From: a virus
Taxonomy: Duplodnaviria > Heunggongvirae > Uroviricota > Caudoviricetes
Length of the DNA: 64,000 bases
Strand: one strand, 5' to 3'
IMG/VR virus record: IMGVR_UViG_3300028577_000006
Shown: positions 17,357-26,640 of the stretch, piece after piece
Position numbering within the stretch: the stretch's first letter is position 1
How the letters are laid out: every line of letters starts with the position of its first letter
Notes under the pieces: model-generated
The model's input: the letters and a program-made list of their open reading frames with translations, nothing else
Databases searched by the model: none
What the model was told of the DNA's origin: nothing
Program-made: the position numbers and the translations under genes

Positions 17357-17907
17357 GCCGGGCGGAGAGACGAGCGCCGCTCAAGATCGAACACATCGAT
17401 CTGACCGGCGTCACTCGCGACGCGGACGACTTCTACTGCCAGATCATGATCGACACTGGCAACTACTCGGGCGGCGGCTCGCGCAAACCGTGGATCACCT
17501 GCGGTCGCATCAAGCTCCAGTTCCCCGACAGCCGCGGTGCTCGTCCGGCGATCTTGTCGGCCCGCGCCGGCTACGGGATCACGGACTTCGAGCATGACTC
17601 GGCGTACATCTTTCAGATCCCCGTCGTCGGCTTCGAAGTCTCGTTCGTGGAAAACGGGATGGTCTACGCCGAGTGTGTGATCGGCGGCGAGCCGGACGAC
17701 CTGCGTGTGCCCACGAAGGCTGGCTACGATCCCACCAAGCTCGAAGGCGCCGACGTGTGCACCAGCGAGAGCTGCAAGAAGCCACACGGCATCGTCCCCG
17801 AAGGGTACTACGCAGGTCCGCCAACCAGCGAAGAGATCTGGCGAAGTCTGGTGAGCCGCAAGCTGGAGATCGTCTTCGGACCGAAGAGCAAAGACAAAGA
17901 GTCATGA
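17353..17907 (+). CDS. Hypothetical protein
   Basis: GTG start after GAGGGGG; high GC3. Confidence 0.7.
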   Translation: MSRAERRAPLKIEHIDLTGVTRDADDFYCQIMIDTGNYSGGGSRKPWITCGRIKLQFPDSRGARPAILSARAGYGITDFEHDSAYIFQIPVVGFEVSFVENGMVYAECVIGGEPDDLRVPTKAGYDPTKLEGADVCTSESCKKPHGIVPEGYYAGPPTSEEIWRSLVSRKLEIVFGPKSKDKES

Positions 17908-18221
17908 GCGAACGTCGCGTCTGCCCCGATGGCGGCACCTGCCATCACGAGTGCCCTGGTGAGTCCCCCGCCTCGTGCTCCAGAGTTCACGGGTGCTCGC
18001 CGATCAGCGGTGTCTTTCCCGGCAACGTGTGGCCAAGGGAAATCTCGCTAGCCGCGATGATTCTCGCCGTCGAAGCCCAGCAGGACCGCTCCAACCACGT
18101 CAAGGTCCACTGCAACAACCTCGGGCCGTATACGCCCACGAATCCGATGCACTGCATCCACTGCGGCAAGCTCGGCACGTTCTGGAAGCGTAGAGACGAG
18201 CCCTGCCCCGGAAACGGATGA
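17904..18221 (+). CDS. Cys/His-rich small protein (possible Zn-binding)
   Basis: CPDGGTCHHEC...CSRVHGC...HCIHCG. Confidence 0.6.
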   Translation: MSERRVCPDGGTCHHECPGESPASCSRVHGCSPISGVFPGNVWPREISLAAMILAVEAQQDRSNHVKVHCNNLGPYTPTNPMHCIHCGKLGTFWKRRDEPCPGNG

Positions 18222-18224
18222 ATC

Positions 18225-18815
18225 ATGCTTCCCGTCACGCTCGGCAACACGAAGATCGCGGACAAGCCGTCGGTCACCGTTCGCGACTACCTCGCACTCT
18301 GGTCAGAGCGAGAATCGGAGTGGGACGACGCCTGGCTCTACACGCAGGCGATGCGTGCAGCGATCCCGCCGGACTTCGAGGACGATGGCAGCGGAGAGCA
18401 GTACGACCGCTTCAAAGCTGTCGTACGCAAGGGCTTCGAGATCGACGATCTGATACTCGCCGCCAGGGCGAAGCGCATCCGACCGGTCGTGCGGCACAGC
18501 TTCTGGCTGCACCACATCAAGCCTGTCGACCTGCGCAGCACGGCGTTCACGTGGGACCCCAAGCTCACGAAGAAGGCAGACGAACGCCTGACGACTGCGT
18601 TCTCGATGCCTACGCTTCACGGCTACGGCTACTACGGCATGTTCAAGCCGTCGATCGCCGAAGTCCTCGCGCAGCTTCCGCGCGCTCTGGCTGGAAACGT
18701 GGTCGCGTTCGAGACGAACGGACCGGACTCCGCCGACGACCTCAACGGCGAGAAGATCGCCCTGAACGCCGGCTACCACGTCGCCACGACCACGTTCTAC
18801 GTGCTCGGCGATTGA
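18225..18815 (+). CDS. Hypothetical protein
   Basis: 196 aa ORF, high GC3. Confidence 0.7.
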   Translation: MLPVTLGNTKIADKPSVTVRDYLALWSERESEWDDAWLYTQAMRAAIPPDFEDDGSGEQYDRFKAVVRKGFEIDDLILAARAKRIRPVVRHSFWLHHIKPVDLRSTAFTWDPKLTKKADERLTTAFSMPTLHGYGYYGMFKPSIAEVLAQLPRALAGNVVAFETNGPDSADDLNGEKIALNAGYHVATTTFYVLGD

Positions 18816-18839
18816 CTGTCCGACACCTCGTGTTAGAGT
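18812..18839 (+). promoter_or_regulatory. sigma70-like promoter with TGTC-N-GACA in the spacer
   Basis: TTGACT-N16-TAGAGT; TGTCCGACA at 18817-18825. Confidence 0.65.
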
Positions 18840-18877
18840 AAACGCGAGTCGGCCAACACGTCGACCTGGACGGACCA

Positions 18878-19333
18878 ATGCTCAAGACGATCACGAAAGA
18901 AGATCTCGAACAGTCGCTCGTGCCGCCGGCCCGGAAGGGCGACGTGGTCGTGCGCGGAAAGGACCGCTGGGTCCTGCCGTACGACCTCATCTGGCGGCGC
19001 AACATTCGATGGCCGGCGCACCAGGGCTACTGGAGCCTGGCACTCCCGCACTACCGCTACGGCGTCGTGCACGAAGGTGACACGGTCGAGGTCGCTGACG
19101 ACGTCGCGTCGATCTACTTCCCGTACCCCGAGAAGACCGAGTGGCATCACCGGCTCGAAACGCCAGACTACGACAGCCACAAGGGCGACTGGCACGTCTA
19201 CCTCCTCGGAGCTGACGGCGCTCCGCAAAGAGCCGATAAGGCCGGCGGCGTGCATCGGTTCGCCACGCATGCAGCCGCTTCCGAACACGCGTGGTGGCTG
19301 AACAAGAAGCACTGCGGAGCCAAGAGTGCGTGA
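18878..19333 (+). CDS. Hypothetical protein
   Basis: 151 aa ORF, high GC3. Confidence 0.7.
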   Translation: MLKTITKEDLEQSLVPPARKGDVVVRGKDRWVLPYDLIWRRNIRWPAHQGYWSLALPHYRYGVVHEGDTVEVADDVASIYFPYPEKTEWHHRLETPDYDSHKGDWHVYLLGADGAPQRADKAGGVHRFATHAAASEHAWWLNKKHCGAKSA

Positions 19334-20078
19334 AGACATCGAGAAGGTCATCTGCGAGCGCCCGCGCCTTCAGCAGGATGGCGGAGTGCACACTCGCACC
19401 CATCGACGGCGTCTGAATCGCATCAACGGCGAGTCTGACGTCAAGCACGAGTCGATGCGGCGGCCCTTCAAAGCGATGGGACGCTCGAAAGAGTTCAGCG
19501 ACTTCTTGGAGCCCATCAAGGGCTTCCTGAAGAAGAGCGTTGGGCGGCCGTGGAACAAGGTCCACTCGGAGCTTGCGACGTTGCTTTCGAAGAGCACAAC
19601 CACGGGGCGGCACGTCTGGACGCACATCGACCAGTACGTCGAGAAGAGCCCGATCTTCATCGACGGCAGGGTGTACCGCGGTGAGGTCGGCACGAAGCGC
19701 TACGGCGGCGGCGGTCTGAGCGAGCTTCCGAAAGGCTCGTACTACGTGAGTGCGCATGGCCTCATGCTCGCGTACCGCAAGAAGCCGCTTCCGTACGGGC
19801 ACGGAAAGCCGAAGGTCACGGCCGTGCAGCTCCTGAGCCCGGTCGAGGGCTACGTGCGCGTCGACAAGACGTGGTGGCACGTGACGTTCAAGATGGAGAT
19901 GTCCGTCAATCCTTACGGCGGTGAGCCCGACGTGCTCGGCGTCTACCTGGCGCATGCACGAGAGACGTACGGCCACGTGAAGGGCGACCCCGTGGCCCAG
20001 TCGATGATGTTCCGACGGGCGGTCTCTCGCCGACGCATGTCCAAGAAGGACATCAAGAACTACGTCGTGAACCCCTAG
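19326..20078 (+). CDS. Conserved hypothetical protein (EKVICERPR...VGRPWNKVHSEL type)
   Basis: 250 aa ORF; motif pattern resembles an uncharacterised family I recall from bacteria and phages, not verified by search. Confidence 0.7.
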   Translation: MREDIEKVICERPRLQQDGGVHTRTHRRRLNRINGESDVKHESMRRPFKAMGRSKEFSDFLEPIKGFLKKSVGRPWNKVHSELATLLSKSTTTGRHVWTHIDQYVEKSPIFIDGRVYRGEVGTKRYGGGGLSELPKGSYYVSAHGLMLAYRKKPLPYGHGKPKVTAVQLLSPVEGYVRVDKTWWHVTFKMEMSVNPYGGEPDVLGVYLAHARETYGHVKGDPVAQSMMFRRAVSRRRMSKKDIKNYVVNP

Positions 20079-20113
20079 CGTCAGTCCGACACCGAGCCCG
20101 CCGTCTACGGAGC

Positions 20114-20572
20114 ATGACCGTCGAAATGTCGAAGAAGAACACACCGCCACTTCCTGGGCAGACCGCCCTGTTTCCCGCGCCGCCGGCTCCTCAGCCGATC
20201 GCCGTGCCTGCACGGCCGACCACGGCCGAGGTGCTGGCTGCTCGCGTCATCAAGCCGCGTCGGCGGCGCGGAGCGCCGGGACCGGCTGACGTCGAGGGCG
20301 CGATGCGTGACGACGCGCTCGATGCTCTCGAAGCAGCGCGCGCGGCGCTCGTCGCTGAGGCGCACAAGATTGCCGTCCAGCTGGCCCGCCAGCGGGGGCG
20401 CGTGACCAGCGTCGAGGTCTGGCACTCTCTGCTCGCCTACGGCTACGAAGAGCAGATGAAGGGGTATGACGCTCGCTGGTTGGGGTGCGTATTTCGCCGT
20501 GGATGGCGACGCATTGGCATCGAGCCAACCGGCAGCCACAAGCGCATGGTCAGCGTCTGGACGCTGGCGTGA
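20114..20572 (+). CDS. Hypothetical protein, possible winged-helix DNA-binding C-terminus
   Basis: 152 aa; VTSVEVWHSL...ARWLGCVFRRGWRRIG. Confidence 0.65.
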   Translation: MTVEMSKKNTPPLPGQTALFPAPPAPQPIAVPARPTTAEVLAARVIKPRRRRGAPGPADVEGAMRDDALDALEAARAALVAEAHKIAVQLARQRGRVTSVEVWHSLLAYGYEEQMKGYDARWLGCVFRRGWRRIGIEPTGSHKRMVSVWTLA

Positions 20573-20850
20573 CGCTTCGCGTGCCCACCGAAGTCGACGT
20601 CACATACGGGCGCCTGACGGTCATAGGTGACGCTCCGAGCCGCAACGGAGAGCGGTTCTTGCTGTGCCGCTGTTCGTGCGGCACGGAGAAGGAACTCGAC
20701 CGCAACTCTGTCCGGCGAGGTCGAACCAAGTCGTGTACCTTCACGCGCAACGTTACTGAGCTTGGCTGCCCGGACTGCCTCGAAGAGGACGACTGCGAGC
20801 CGCTGGCCGAGACCCCGGTGCCGGAGAAGAAGGGCAAGCAGAGACGCTGA
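20569..20850 (+). CDS. Small protein with the GRLTV...CxCxCG...GRTKSC module typical of HNH endonuclease N-termini; no nuclease domain
   Basis: YGRLTVIGDAPSRNGERFLLCRCSCGTEKELDRNSVRRGRTKSC. Confidence 0.6.
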   Translation: MTLRVPTEVDVTYGRLTVIGDAPSRNGERFLLCRCSCGTEKELDRNSVRRGRTKSCTFTRNVTELGCPDCLEEDDCEPLAETPVPEKKGKQRR

Positions 20851-20979
20851 TCGAGCTTGCATGTTCCTGAATAGTGGGTAGCTTACGACATACCAGCCGC
20901 CGGACATGGCGGAGGACAGGAGGTTCCTGATGGCTCGTTCGACTGCACAAGGCGCCACTGCGCCGATCACGGAGGAGCC

Positions 20980-21309
20980 GTGATCAACGTGACGTACATC
21001 GCGGCAGGCTCGGATACCACGATCCCGCTGCCGTTCCCCGCAGACCTCGATGCGTGGCGCAAGCTGCTCGGCGGTCCGATCGATGTCGTCGACTGCGATG
21101 ACACCGCCTGCCCGGTCGCGCTCGTCACCCTCTTCCAGGGCGGCCCGGTCGTGGGGCGCCACCGGCCAAATCCTTTCGCAGCCGAGTTCGCTGGCGTCTG
21201 CGTGCATGGGCCGGTCGTGCTCGTAGCGGGCGTGAGCGCGGTCTACTTCTTGGACGATCAGTTCGAAGGATGGGAGGGCGACGAGCCCGAGGAAGCGAGA
21301 GCACGATGA
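20980..21309 (+). CDS. Hypothetical protein
   Basis: GTG start after GGAGGAG. Confidence 0.7.
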   Translation: MINVTYIAAGSDTTIPLPFPADLDAWRKLLGGPIDVVDCDDTACPVALVTLFQGGPVVGRHRPNPFAAEFAGVCVHGPVVLVAGVSAVYFLDDQFEGWEGDEPEEARAR

Positions 21310-21827
21310 GCGACGAGATGACGGGCATGAACGAGGCCGATCGCGCGGAGCTGGAAGCGGACCCGGTCGCTTACGCGGAGCACTTGCTGATGCAGTGCCT
21401 CTTCGCGAAGACCAAGCGCGAGGCAGAAGACCGACTCGACGGCCAGGCCTTCGCGATCATCAGCACGCTGAAGGACGCTCTGAAGGAGGCGCGACAGAAG
21501 CTCGACATCGCGCATCGCGCTGAGCAAACGCTGGCCATGGTCGACGAGCGCCTTCGCGAGCACATCGTCGAGCCGCGCTCGCACGGCATCACGACGCTTC
21601 ACCTTCTCGGCGACGTGCTCGGGCTCGCCAAGCTCAACGAGAACGCCTCCTTCGAGATGATGCGCGAGTGCGTCATCGCCGGGATCATGGAAGGCGGCGA
21701 TCGCGAGATGCGGTCCGACTACCAGTCGCGCGCGCCACACGAGATCGTCAACCACCTGCTCTACATGAAGGAGCTGCACGCGAAAGAGAACGCTGCGCGC
21801 GCCGCGAAGAAGGCGAGCGAGTCATGA
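21306..21827 (+). CDS. Hypothetical helical protein
   Basis: ATGA overlap; high GC3. Confidence 0.7.
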   Translation: MSDEMTGMNEADRAELEADPVAYAEHLLMQCLFAKTKREAEDRLDGQAFAIISTLKDALKEARQKLDIAHRAEQTLAMVDERLREHIVEPRSHGITTLHLLGDVLGLAKLNENASFEMMRECVIAGIMEGGDREMRSDYQSRAPHEIVNHLLYMKELHAKENAARAAKKASES

Positions 21828-22081
21828 GCACCGCACAGAGCGTGTCCGACGAGACCGGTGTGCAGGCCGGACCAGACGCGACCGTAGAAGAGGCCATGCG
21901 CTACGTGCGCGCCTGGGCGAAGGTTCAGCGCGCAGCGGACGAGAGTCACGCGTCGGACGAGAACGACGACGGGATGAAGGGCATGCGCGCTCGCTTCGGT
22001 CTGCACCGCGCGATCGAAAATGCCAAGGCGGCCGTCGAGCGCGCGGCTGCACGCACGCTCTCGGGAGGCGCCGATGTCTGA
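21824..22081 (+). CDS. Hypothetical protein
   Basis: MSTAQSVSDETG...; coupled start and stop. Confidence 0.6.
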   Translation: MSTAQSVSDETGVQAGPDATVEEAMRYVRAWAKVQRAADESHASDENDDGMKGMRARFGLHRAIENAKAAVERAAARTLSGGADV

Positions 22082-22464
22082 GACAATCGCGCTCGACGTC
22101 GCGATTCTGACCGTCGTCGGTTGCAAGCGAATCTACGGGAACGGACGCAGCGACCTTCGCGCGTATTTCGAAAGCGATCGGATGCTACCGACCGCCAAGC
22201 TCGTCAGTGACGCGCGCTACCCGCCACGAGACGCTGAGCCCGTATCTCGACGAGAACGAGACGCGCGCGCTCGCCGTCGCCGCCAACCGCTGGCCCATCG
22301 ATCCGCCGGTCGGTCTGGTCGGCGCGCGCGTGCTCGCCACCATCGAGGCGAGCATCACGGTCGACGAGAAGTGGCCGAACGATCCTCCGCGCTACTCGAT
22401 GCGCATCATCAGCTACCGCGCCGTCCACGAAAGCGATGAACTGAAGGAAGCGAGCCCGTCATGA
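22074..22464 (+). pseudogene. Hypothetical protein with apparent frameshift near 22206
   Basis: Coding-like frame MSETIALDV...AKLV switches to frame VTRATRHETLSPYLDENE... Confidence 0.45.
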
Positions 22465-22760
22465 GCGCGACCAAGTCACTCGAAGATCGCATCGCCGACC
22501 TCGAAGCGAAGGTCGCGCAGCTGGCCGATGTCGCCGAGCGCGCGCTCACGCCAGTCACGATCTCGTGCAGCACCAACCTCGACGCGTTTCGCATGGTGCG
22601 CTGGCCCGTGATCGCCGCGTACCCGCCGCGCATCGGCGAGCGCATCGACGGACGCGAATGGAACAGCAACAAGGTCGTCGCAACCCTGCGCGTCTGCGGC
22701 ATCACGCACTCGCTCGATCGCGACGGGCTGCCGTACCTCAGCATCGATCTGCACAAGTAA
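22461..22760 (+). CDS. Hypothetical protein
   Basis: 99 aa, SD GAAGGAAG, ATGA overlap. Confidence 0.65.
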   Translation: MSATKSLEDRIADLEAKVAQLADVAERALTPVTISCSTNLDAFRMVRWPVIAAYPPRIGERIDGREWNSNKVVATLRVCGITHSLDRDGLPYLSIDLHK

Positions 22761-22796
22761 TCGTCATCCGCGTAGTACCCCAAGGAACCGTTGCCC

Positions 22797-23309
22797 GTGT
22801 CCGACAAAAAGCCGCACCCGATCACCACGATGGCCGCTCCAACAGAGCGGCGCGTCAGAGAAGCGCTCGTCACCCTGTCGTACTTCCTGCGCGAGAACGC
22901 AGGATCGAGCGAGCGTCTGCTCGATGACTCGGACATTCCCGACGTCAGATTCGACCAGGTCTTGCACCCGGCGCAGCTGGCGGCCATGGCAATCACATGC
23001 TCGGTCCTGGCCGAGAGTCTTCACGATCAGGAGAGCAGCAAGCTCTTCGTCGTGGCATCGACGGACCTGAACTGCGCGGCAGCACACCTCGTCAGTCAGA
23101 TAGCGCACGAGCCTCTCGTCAACGACTACGAGCACACCTCACGCGAGGAGCGCTTCATCGATCTCCAGCAAGCACAGCGGCGCTTCGCGGCGCGCGCGAC
23201 CAAGTCTGGGCGCCAGCTGACGCACCTCGGCCTCAGCCGGCTCTCCGAGATCTGGCCCGAGGCCTACGAGAAGGACGACGAGGCCCGGGACCACGGAGGA
23301 CACGAATGA
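22797..23309 (+). CDS. Hypothetical protein
   Basis: AAGGA upstream; a TGTCCGACA palindrome overlaps the GTG start. Confidence 0.65.
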   Translation: MSDKKPHPITTMAAPTERRVREALVTLSYFLRENAGSSERLLDDSDIPDVRFDQVLHPAQLAAMAITCSVLAESLHDQESSKLFVVASTDLNCAAAHLVSQIAHEPLVNDYEHTSREERFIDLQQAQRRFAARATKSGRQLTHLGLSRLSEIWPEAYEKDDEARDHGGHE

Positions 23310-24079
23310 CCGTCGATACCACCACGCTCATGATCGCTGCGCAGCTGAAGGCGCTGAAAGCGAACCTGGATGTCACCAACCCGATGGGCGATATCAAGAA
23401 GGCCATCGTCGTTCTCGTCGAGAACATCCAGAACGTGCGCGGTCAAAACGCGACGCGCGCCAACAACGACGCGCGCGTCATGCTGATGCACGTGCTCAAC
23501 AACGGCGGGCTCGGCAATCCGGGCGACCTCGGCATCAACGCCACAGGCTTGAGCCGAGAAGCGGCCGACGAGCTTCGTAGGCATCTCGTGCAGGTCGATC
23601 GCGTCCGCGGTCAGCAGATGGAACTCTACGGCCACCTGAGCGACGCACTCGCGCGTCTCCAGGAAGCGCGCGCTCACGTCGCGCTCGCGAACGTGGCCAT
23701 GGCGAAGCTGATCGCCACGGTCACCGAGGATGTCGAAGCCGAGGTGAAGCATGCGGCCGAGAAGACGCCGGAGCCGGTGCCGGCGTCACGCGCGCTCCGA
23801 CTTCAGATCCATGTGCCCGGCGTTGCCGTGCGCGAGGAGACATTCGATCAGGACATCGTGAAGGTCGGCAGGCTGCCGACGAGTCACCTCCGGTTCGAGG
23901 ACGACAACGTCTCGCGCATGCACGCCGTGATCGAGCGCGACAAGAACGAGGGATGGTTCGTGATCGACCTCGGCTCGGCCGGCCGTACGATCGTGAACGA
24001 TCGCAGCGTCAACAAGGCCAAGCTCAACGTCGGCGACACGATGCTCTTCGGACGCGTCAGCGTGAAGGTACTCGGATGA
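23306..24079 (+). CDS. Coiled-coil protein with C-terminal FHA (phosphothreonine-binding) domain
   Basis: VREETFDQDIVKVGRLPTSHLRFEDDNVSRMHAVIE...IDLGSAGRTIVND...KAKLNVGDTMLFG shows FHA GR, SRxH and DLGS motifs. Confidence 0.85.
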   Translation: MTVDTTTLMIAAQLKALKANLDVTNPMGDIKKAIVVLVENIQNVRGQNATRANNDARVMLMHVLNNGGLGNPGDLGINATGLSREAADELRRHLVQVDRVRGQQMELYGHLSDALARLQEARAHVALANVAMAKLIATVTEDVEAEVKHAAEKTPEPVPASRALRLQIHVPGVAVREETFDQDIVKVGRLPTSHLRFEDDNVSRMHAVIERDKNEGWFVIDLGSAGRTIVNDRSVNKAKLNVGDTMLFGRVSVKVLG

Positions 24080-24285
24080 GCGAGCCGTGCCGGTGCGGAT
24101 GGCTAGGCGTTGGCGACCATCCGTGTCACGGGCTGGCGTACACGTGCCGCAAGGCCTCGACGCCTCGCTACTACCCGCAGACGATGAACTTCTCCCTCGC
24201 AGGAGCGCAGATGAAGCTCAGCGTGACGGAGACGCACGCCTGCGACGAGTGCTGGCGAGCGTTCAAGAGCGGAGAGAGACAATGA
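24076..24285 (+). CDS. Small Cys-rich protein
   Basis: CRCGW...HPCHG...ACDECW. Confidence 0.6.
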   Translation: MSEPCRCGWLGVGDHPCHGLAYTCRKASTPRYYPQTMNFSLAGAQMKLSVTETHACDECWRAFKSGERQ

Positions 24286-24659
24286 AGAGCATGCCCGAGG
24301 GGCGCGTCGTCCACATGCGGATGCTGAACGGCCGCAAGCGCTACCGCGTCTTCAACGCCATCGCCGAGGAGTACATCACCGAGGAGTACTCGGAGCAGCA
24401 GATGCGGCGCTACATGCTCTGCGAGATCATGAAGAACGTGCAAGACGAGATCGATGGCGCGATTAGCGGCGCCAACACAAGCAGCACATCGGTCGGCCCG
24501 TGGCAGACCGAGCGCTGCCGCAAGCATGGTGTCTGTCACCACGATTTCCGTCCGGGGCCTCACCTTGCCTTCATGGGCGTGCCCAGTCGCTGTCTGACGT
24601 GCGGCAGAGAAGAGGACACGGCCGCTCACCGCAAGACATCAGCATCGGGCTGCCGATGA
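24282..24659 (+). CDS. Hypothetical protein with C-terminal Zn-ribbon-like motif
   Basis: CRKHGVCHHDF...CLTCG. Confidence 0.65.
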   Translation: MKSMPEGRVVHMRMLNGRKRYRVFNAIAEEYITEEYSEQQMRRYMLCEIMKNVQDEIDGAISGANTSSTSVGPWQTERCRKHGVCHHDFRPGPHLAFMGVPSRCLTCGREEDTAAHRKTSASGCR

Positions 24660-25027
24660 CCGACGAAGCGCAGGCGCTGTCATTCGGCGATGTAGTCTCA
24701 GTGACGCGGGGCTCCGAGCAGATCTCGCCAGGCATGCCCGGATGCCTGCGCACGGTCGTCGGCGTCTATCTGCGCCAGATCGGCGAACACCAACACTTCG
24801 TGCGCCTGCTCGAAGACGACAAGCTCGCGACGAACGGCTACTGCACGCATCGCGGCGACAAGGGTACGTGGACGCGCGTGCGCGCTCTCGGCACCCACTG
24901 CGATCCGCCGTTCTGCATGCGATGCGATGGCGATGGCTTCGTGATGCGCGACTGCGGCAACGGCGGCGACTACGAAGCTGTCGAGTGTCCGGTGTGCAAG
25001 GGCTCTGGCCGAGGAGGGACGACGTGA
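24656..25027 (+). CDS. Hypothetical protein with DnaJ-like CxxCxGxG zinc-finger motifs
   Basis: CMRCDGDG...CPVCKGSG. Confidence 0.65.
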   Translation: MTDEAQALSFGDVVSVTRGSEQISPGMPGCLRTVVGVYLRQIGEHQHFVRLLEDDKLATNGYCTHRGDKGTWTRVRALGTHCDPPFCMRCDGDGFVMRDCGNGGDYEAVECPVCKGSGRGGTT

Positions 25028-25824
25028 ACCAGCTTTGGGCGATCCAGACGAAGCTGACCCAGGAGGACAGCACGCGTCATCTCGTGCGCGCCTTCCAAGA
25101 CTTCGGTCTGAACTGGGCTGCCTTCCCATTCCCGCCGTTCGTAGGCAACGTGCCTGACTTCAGATGGGACGGCCCGATCATCTACTACGGCTCGACCGCA
25201 CTCGTGAAGCGAGTGTACGAGACGTACAACCTGCACAAGAGCGCGCGTCTCTGGTACGACGAGTTCACGCACCAGCCGACGTGGTACGGACCGCGCTTCG
25301 GCGCAGCGTACCTGAACCGCAAGGGGCGCTTCGTGCGGCTCGGCGACTTCCTGAACGAAGACCATCCGTTCGACTTCCGCTTCTTCGCGCGCCCGAACAG
25401 CGGCCTGAAGCTCTTCGCCGGCAAGGTCTACGACTTCGTCGACTTCCAGCAGTTCGTCGACATGAGCCAGAACAACGTGCTCATGACGCTCGATGCGCAG
25501 ATCATGGTCAACGAAGAGGTCCGTCAGATCGAACGCGAGTTCCGCACGTGGATCGTGGACGGCGAGGTCGCTGCCGCTGTGCAGTACAAGGTCGGCACCA
25601 AGATGTGGCCGAGCCAGGAAGTTCCCGAAGAGGTCGTCGCCTTCGCACGGGCGAACGCGCGCGAGTGCTCGCCATCGCCCGTCTTCGTGCTCGACGTCGC
25701 ACAGACGCCTGACGGACTCGCAGTCATCGAGATCAACAGCTTCCACTCATCCGGCTTCTACATGACCGAGCACATCAGCGACGTCGTAGCCGAAGTCTCG
25801 AACTACGTGAAGAGGACAATGTGA
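25024..25824 (+). CDS. ATP-grasp domain protein (DUF4343 / R2K-like)
   Basis: FARPNSGLKLFAGKV...EFRTWIVDGEV...FVLDVA...VIEINSFHSSGFY. Confidence 0.8.
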   Translation: MNQLWAIQTKLTQEDSTRHLVRAFQDFGLNWAAFPFPPFVGNVPDFRWDGPIIYYGSTALVKRVYETYNLHKSARLWYDEFTHQPTWYGPRFGAAYLNRKGRFVRLGDFLNEDHPFDFRFFARPNSGLKLFAGKVYDFVDFQQFVDMSQNNVLMTLDAQIMVNEEVRQIEREFRTWIVDGEVAAAVQYKVGTKMWPSQEVPEEVVAFARANARECSPSPVFVLDVAQTPDGLAVIEINSFHSSGFYMTEHISDVVAEVSNYVKRTM

Positions 25825-26327
25825 TCGTCGCAAACGAATACCCGGAGCCCACGAATACCGACAGGCCTCGTCTCACGCCACGCGAGCTTCAGGTGCTGAA
25901 GGTCATCGCCACCGGTGCGTCGAACCGCAAGACGAGCAAGCTGCTGAAGTGTTCGCAGCACACGATCAAGTTTCACGTGAACTCGATCTTGTTCAAGTTC
26001 GACGCGAACACGCGCACGCAGGCGGTCGTGAAGGCGATGCGCGCGGGGATGCTCGATGAGGACGGGAAGCTTCCGGAGATCGAGCAAACCAACCGCGGCT
26101 TCAACAAGTACGCGACGATCGTCGACTCGTACGGCGGGTCCATCCGCGTGCAGCAGTCCTCTGCCTTCGGCATGGCCCACGTCTGGCTGTTCGTGAAGGA
26201 CCACGAAGGACACGAGGGATCGGCGCACCTGACCCCGCAGAACTGCCGCGACATGATCGCGGCGCTGGAGCTTCACCTGAAGGTCGTCGCGCGCGAGGGG
26301 CTCGACGCAGAGGGCGACGCTGCGTAA
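25821..26327 (+). CDS. LuxR/GerE-type HTH regulator fused to an unknown C-terminal domain
   Basis: LTPRELQVLKVIATGASNRKTSKLLKCSQHTIKFHVNSILFKFDANTRTQAV. Confidence 0.85.
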   Translation: MIVANEYPEPTNTDRPRLTPRELQVLKVIATGASNRKTSKLLKCSQHTIKFHVNSILFKFDANTRTQAVVKAMRAGMLDEDGKLPEIEQTNRGFNKYATIVDSYGGSIRVQQSSAFGMAHVWLFVKDHEGHEGSAHLTPQNCRDMIAALELHLKVVAREGLDAEGDAA

Positions 26328-26347
26328 ACGCGCTACCATTTGCGGCG

Positions 26348-26593
26348 ATGACCATGGCCTGGATAGAGACCAGTCGAAACGTTTGGGGCATGACGCTCGG
26401 CGACCTACGCGTCGTCGTTCAACGCGAAGAAGGCGACTACTACCTCGTCTGCCCACAGGTCGGCATCCGCGATCGGCTCATAGTCGTGCACAATGACACG
26501 AGCATGCCATGGGTCGCGCAACGCGAGGCCCTGCGCATCGTGCGCAAGCGGCTGGAAATGTGGCTCGCCGCGTTTCCGCCGCCCGAAGAATAG
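26348..26593 (+). CDS. Hypothetical protein
   Basis: 81 aa ORF. Confidence 0.55.
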   Translation: MTMAWIETSRNVWGMTLGDLRVVVQREEGDYYLVCPQVGIRDRLIVVHNDTSMPWVAQREALRIVRKRLEMWLAAFPPPEE

Positions 26594-26594
26594 G

Positions 26595-26630
26595 TTGACT
26601 CATACTGCTTCGTTGTTATAGTGTCTGACA
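26595..26630 (+). promoter_or_regulatory. sigma70-like promoter with overlapping TGTC-N-GACA operator
   Basis: TTGACT-N16-TATAGT; TATAGTGTCTGACA identical to 16424-16437. Confidence 0.75.
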
Positions 26631-26640
26631 GCGGAGACAC

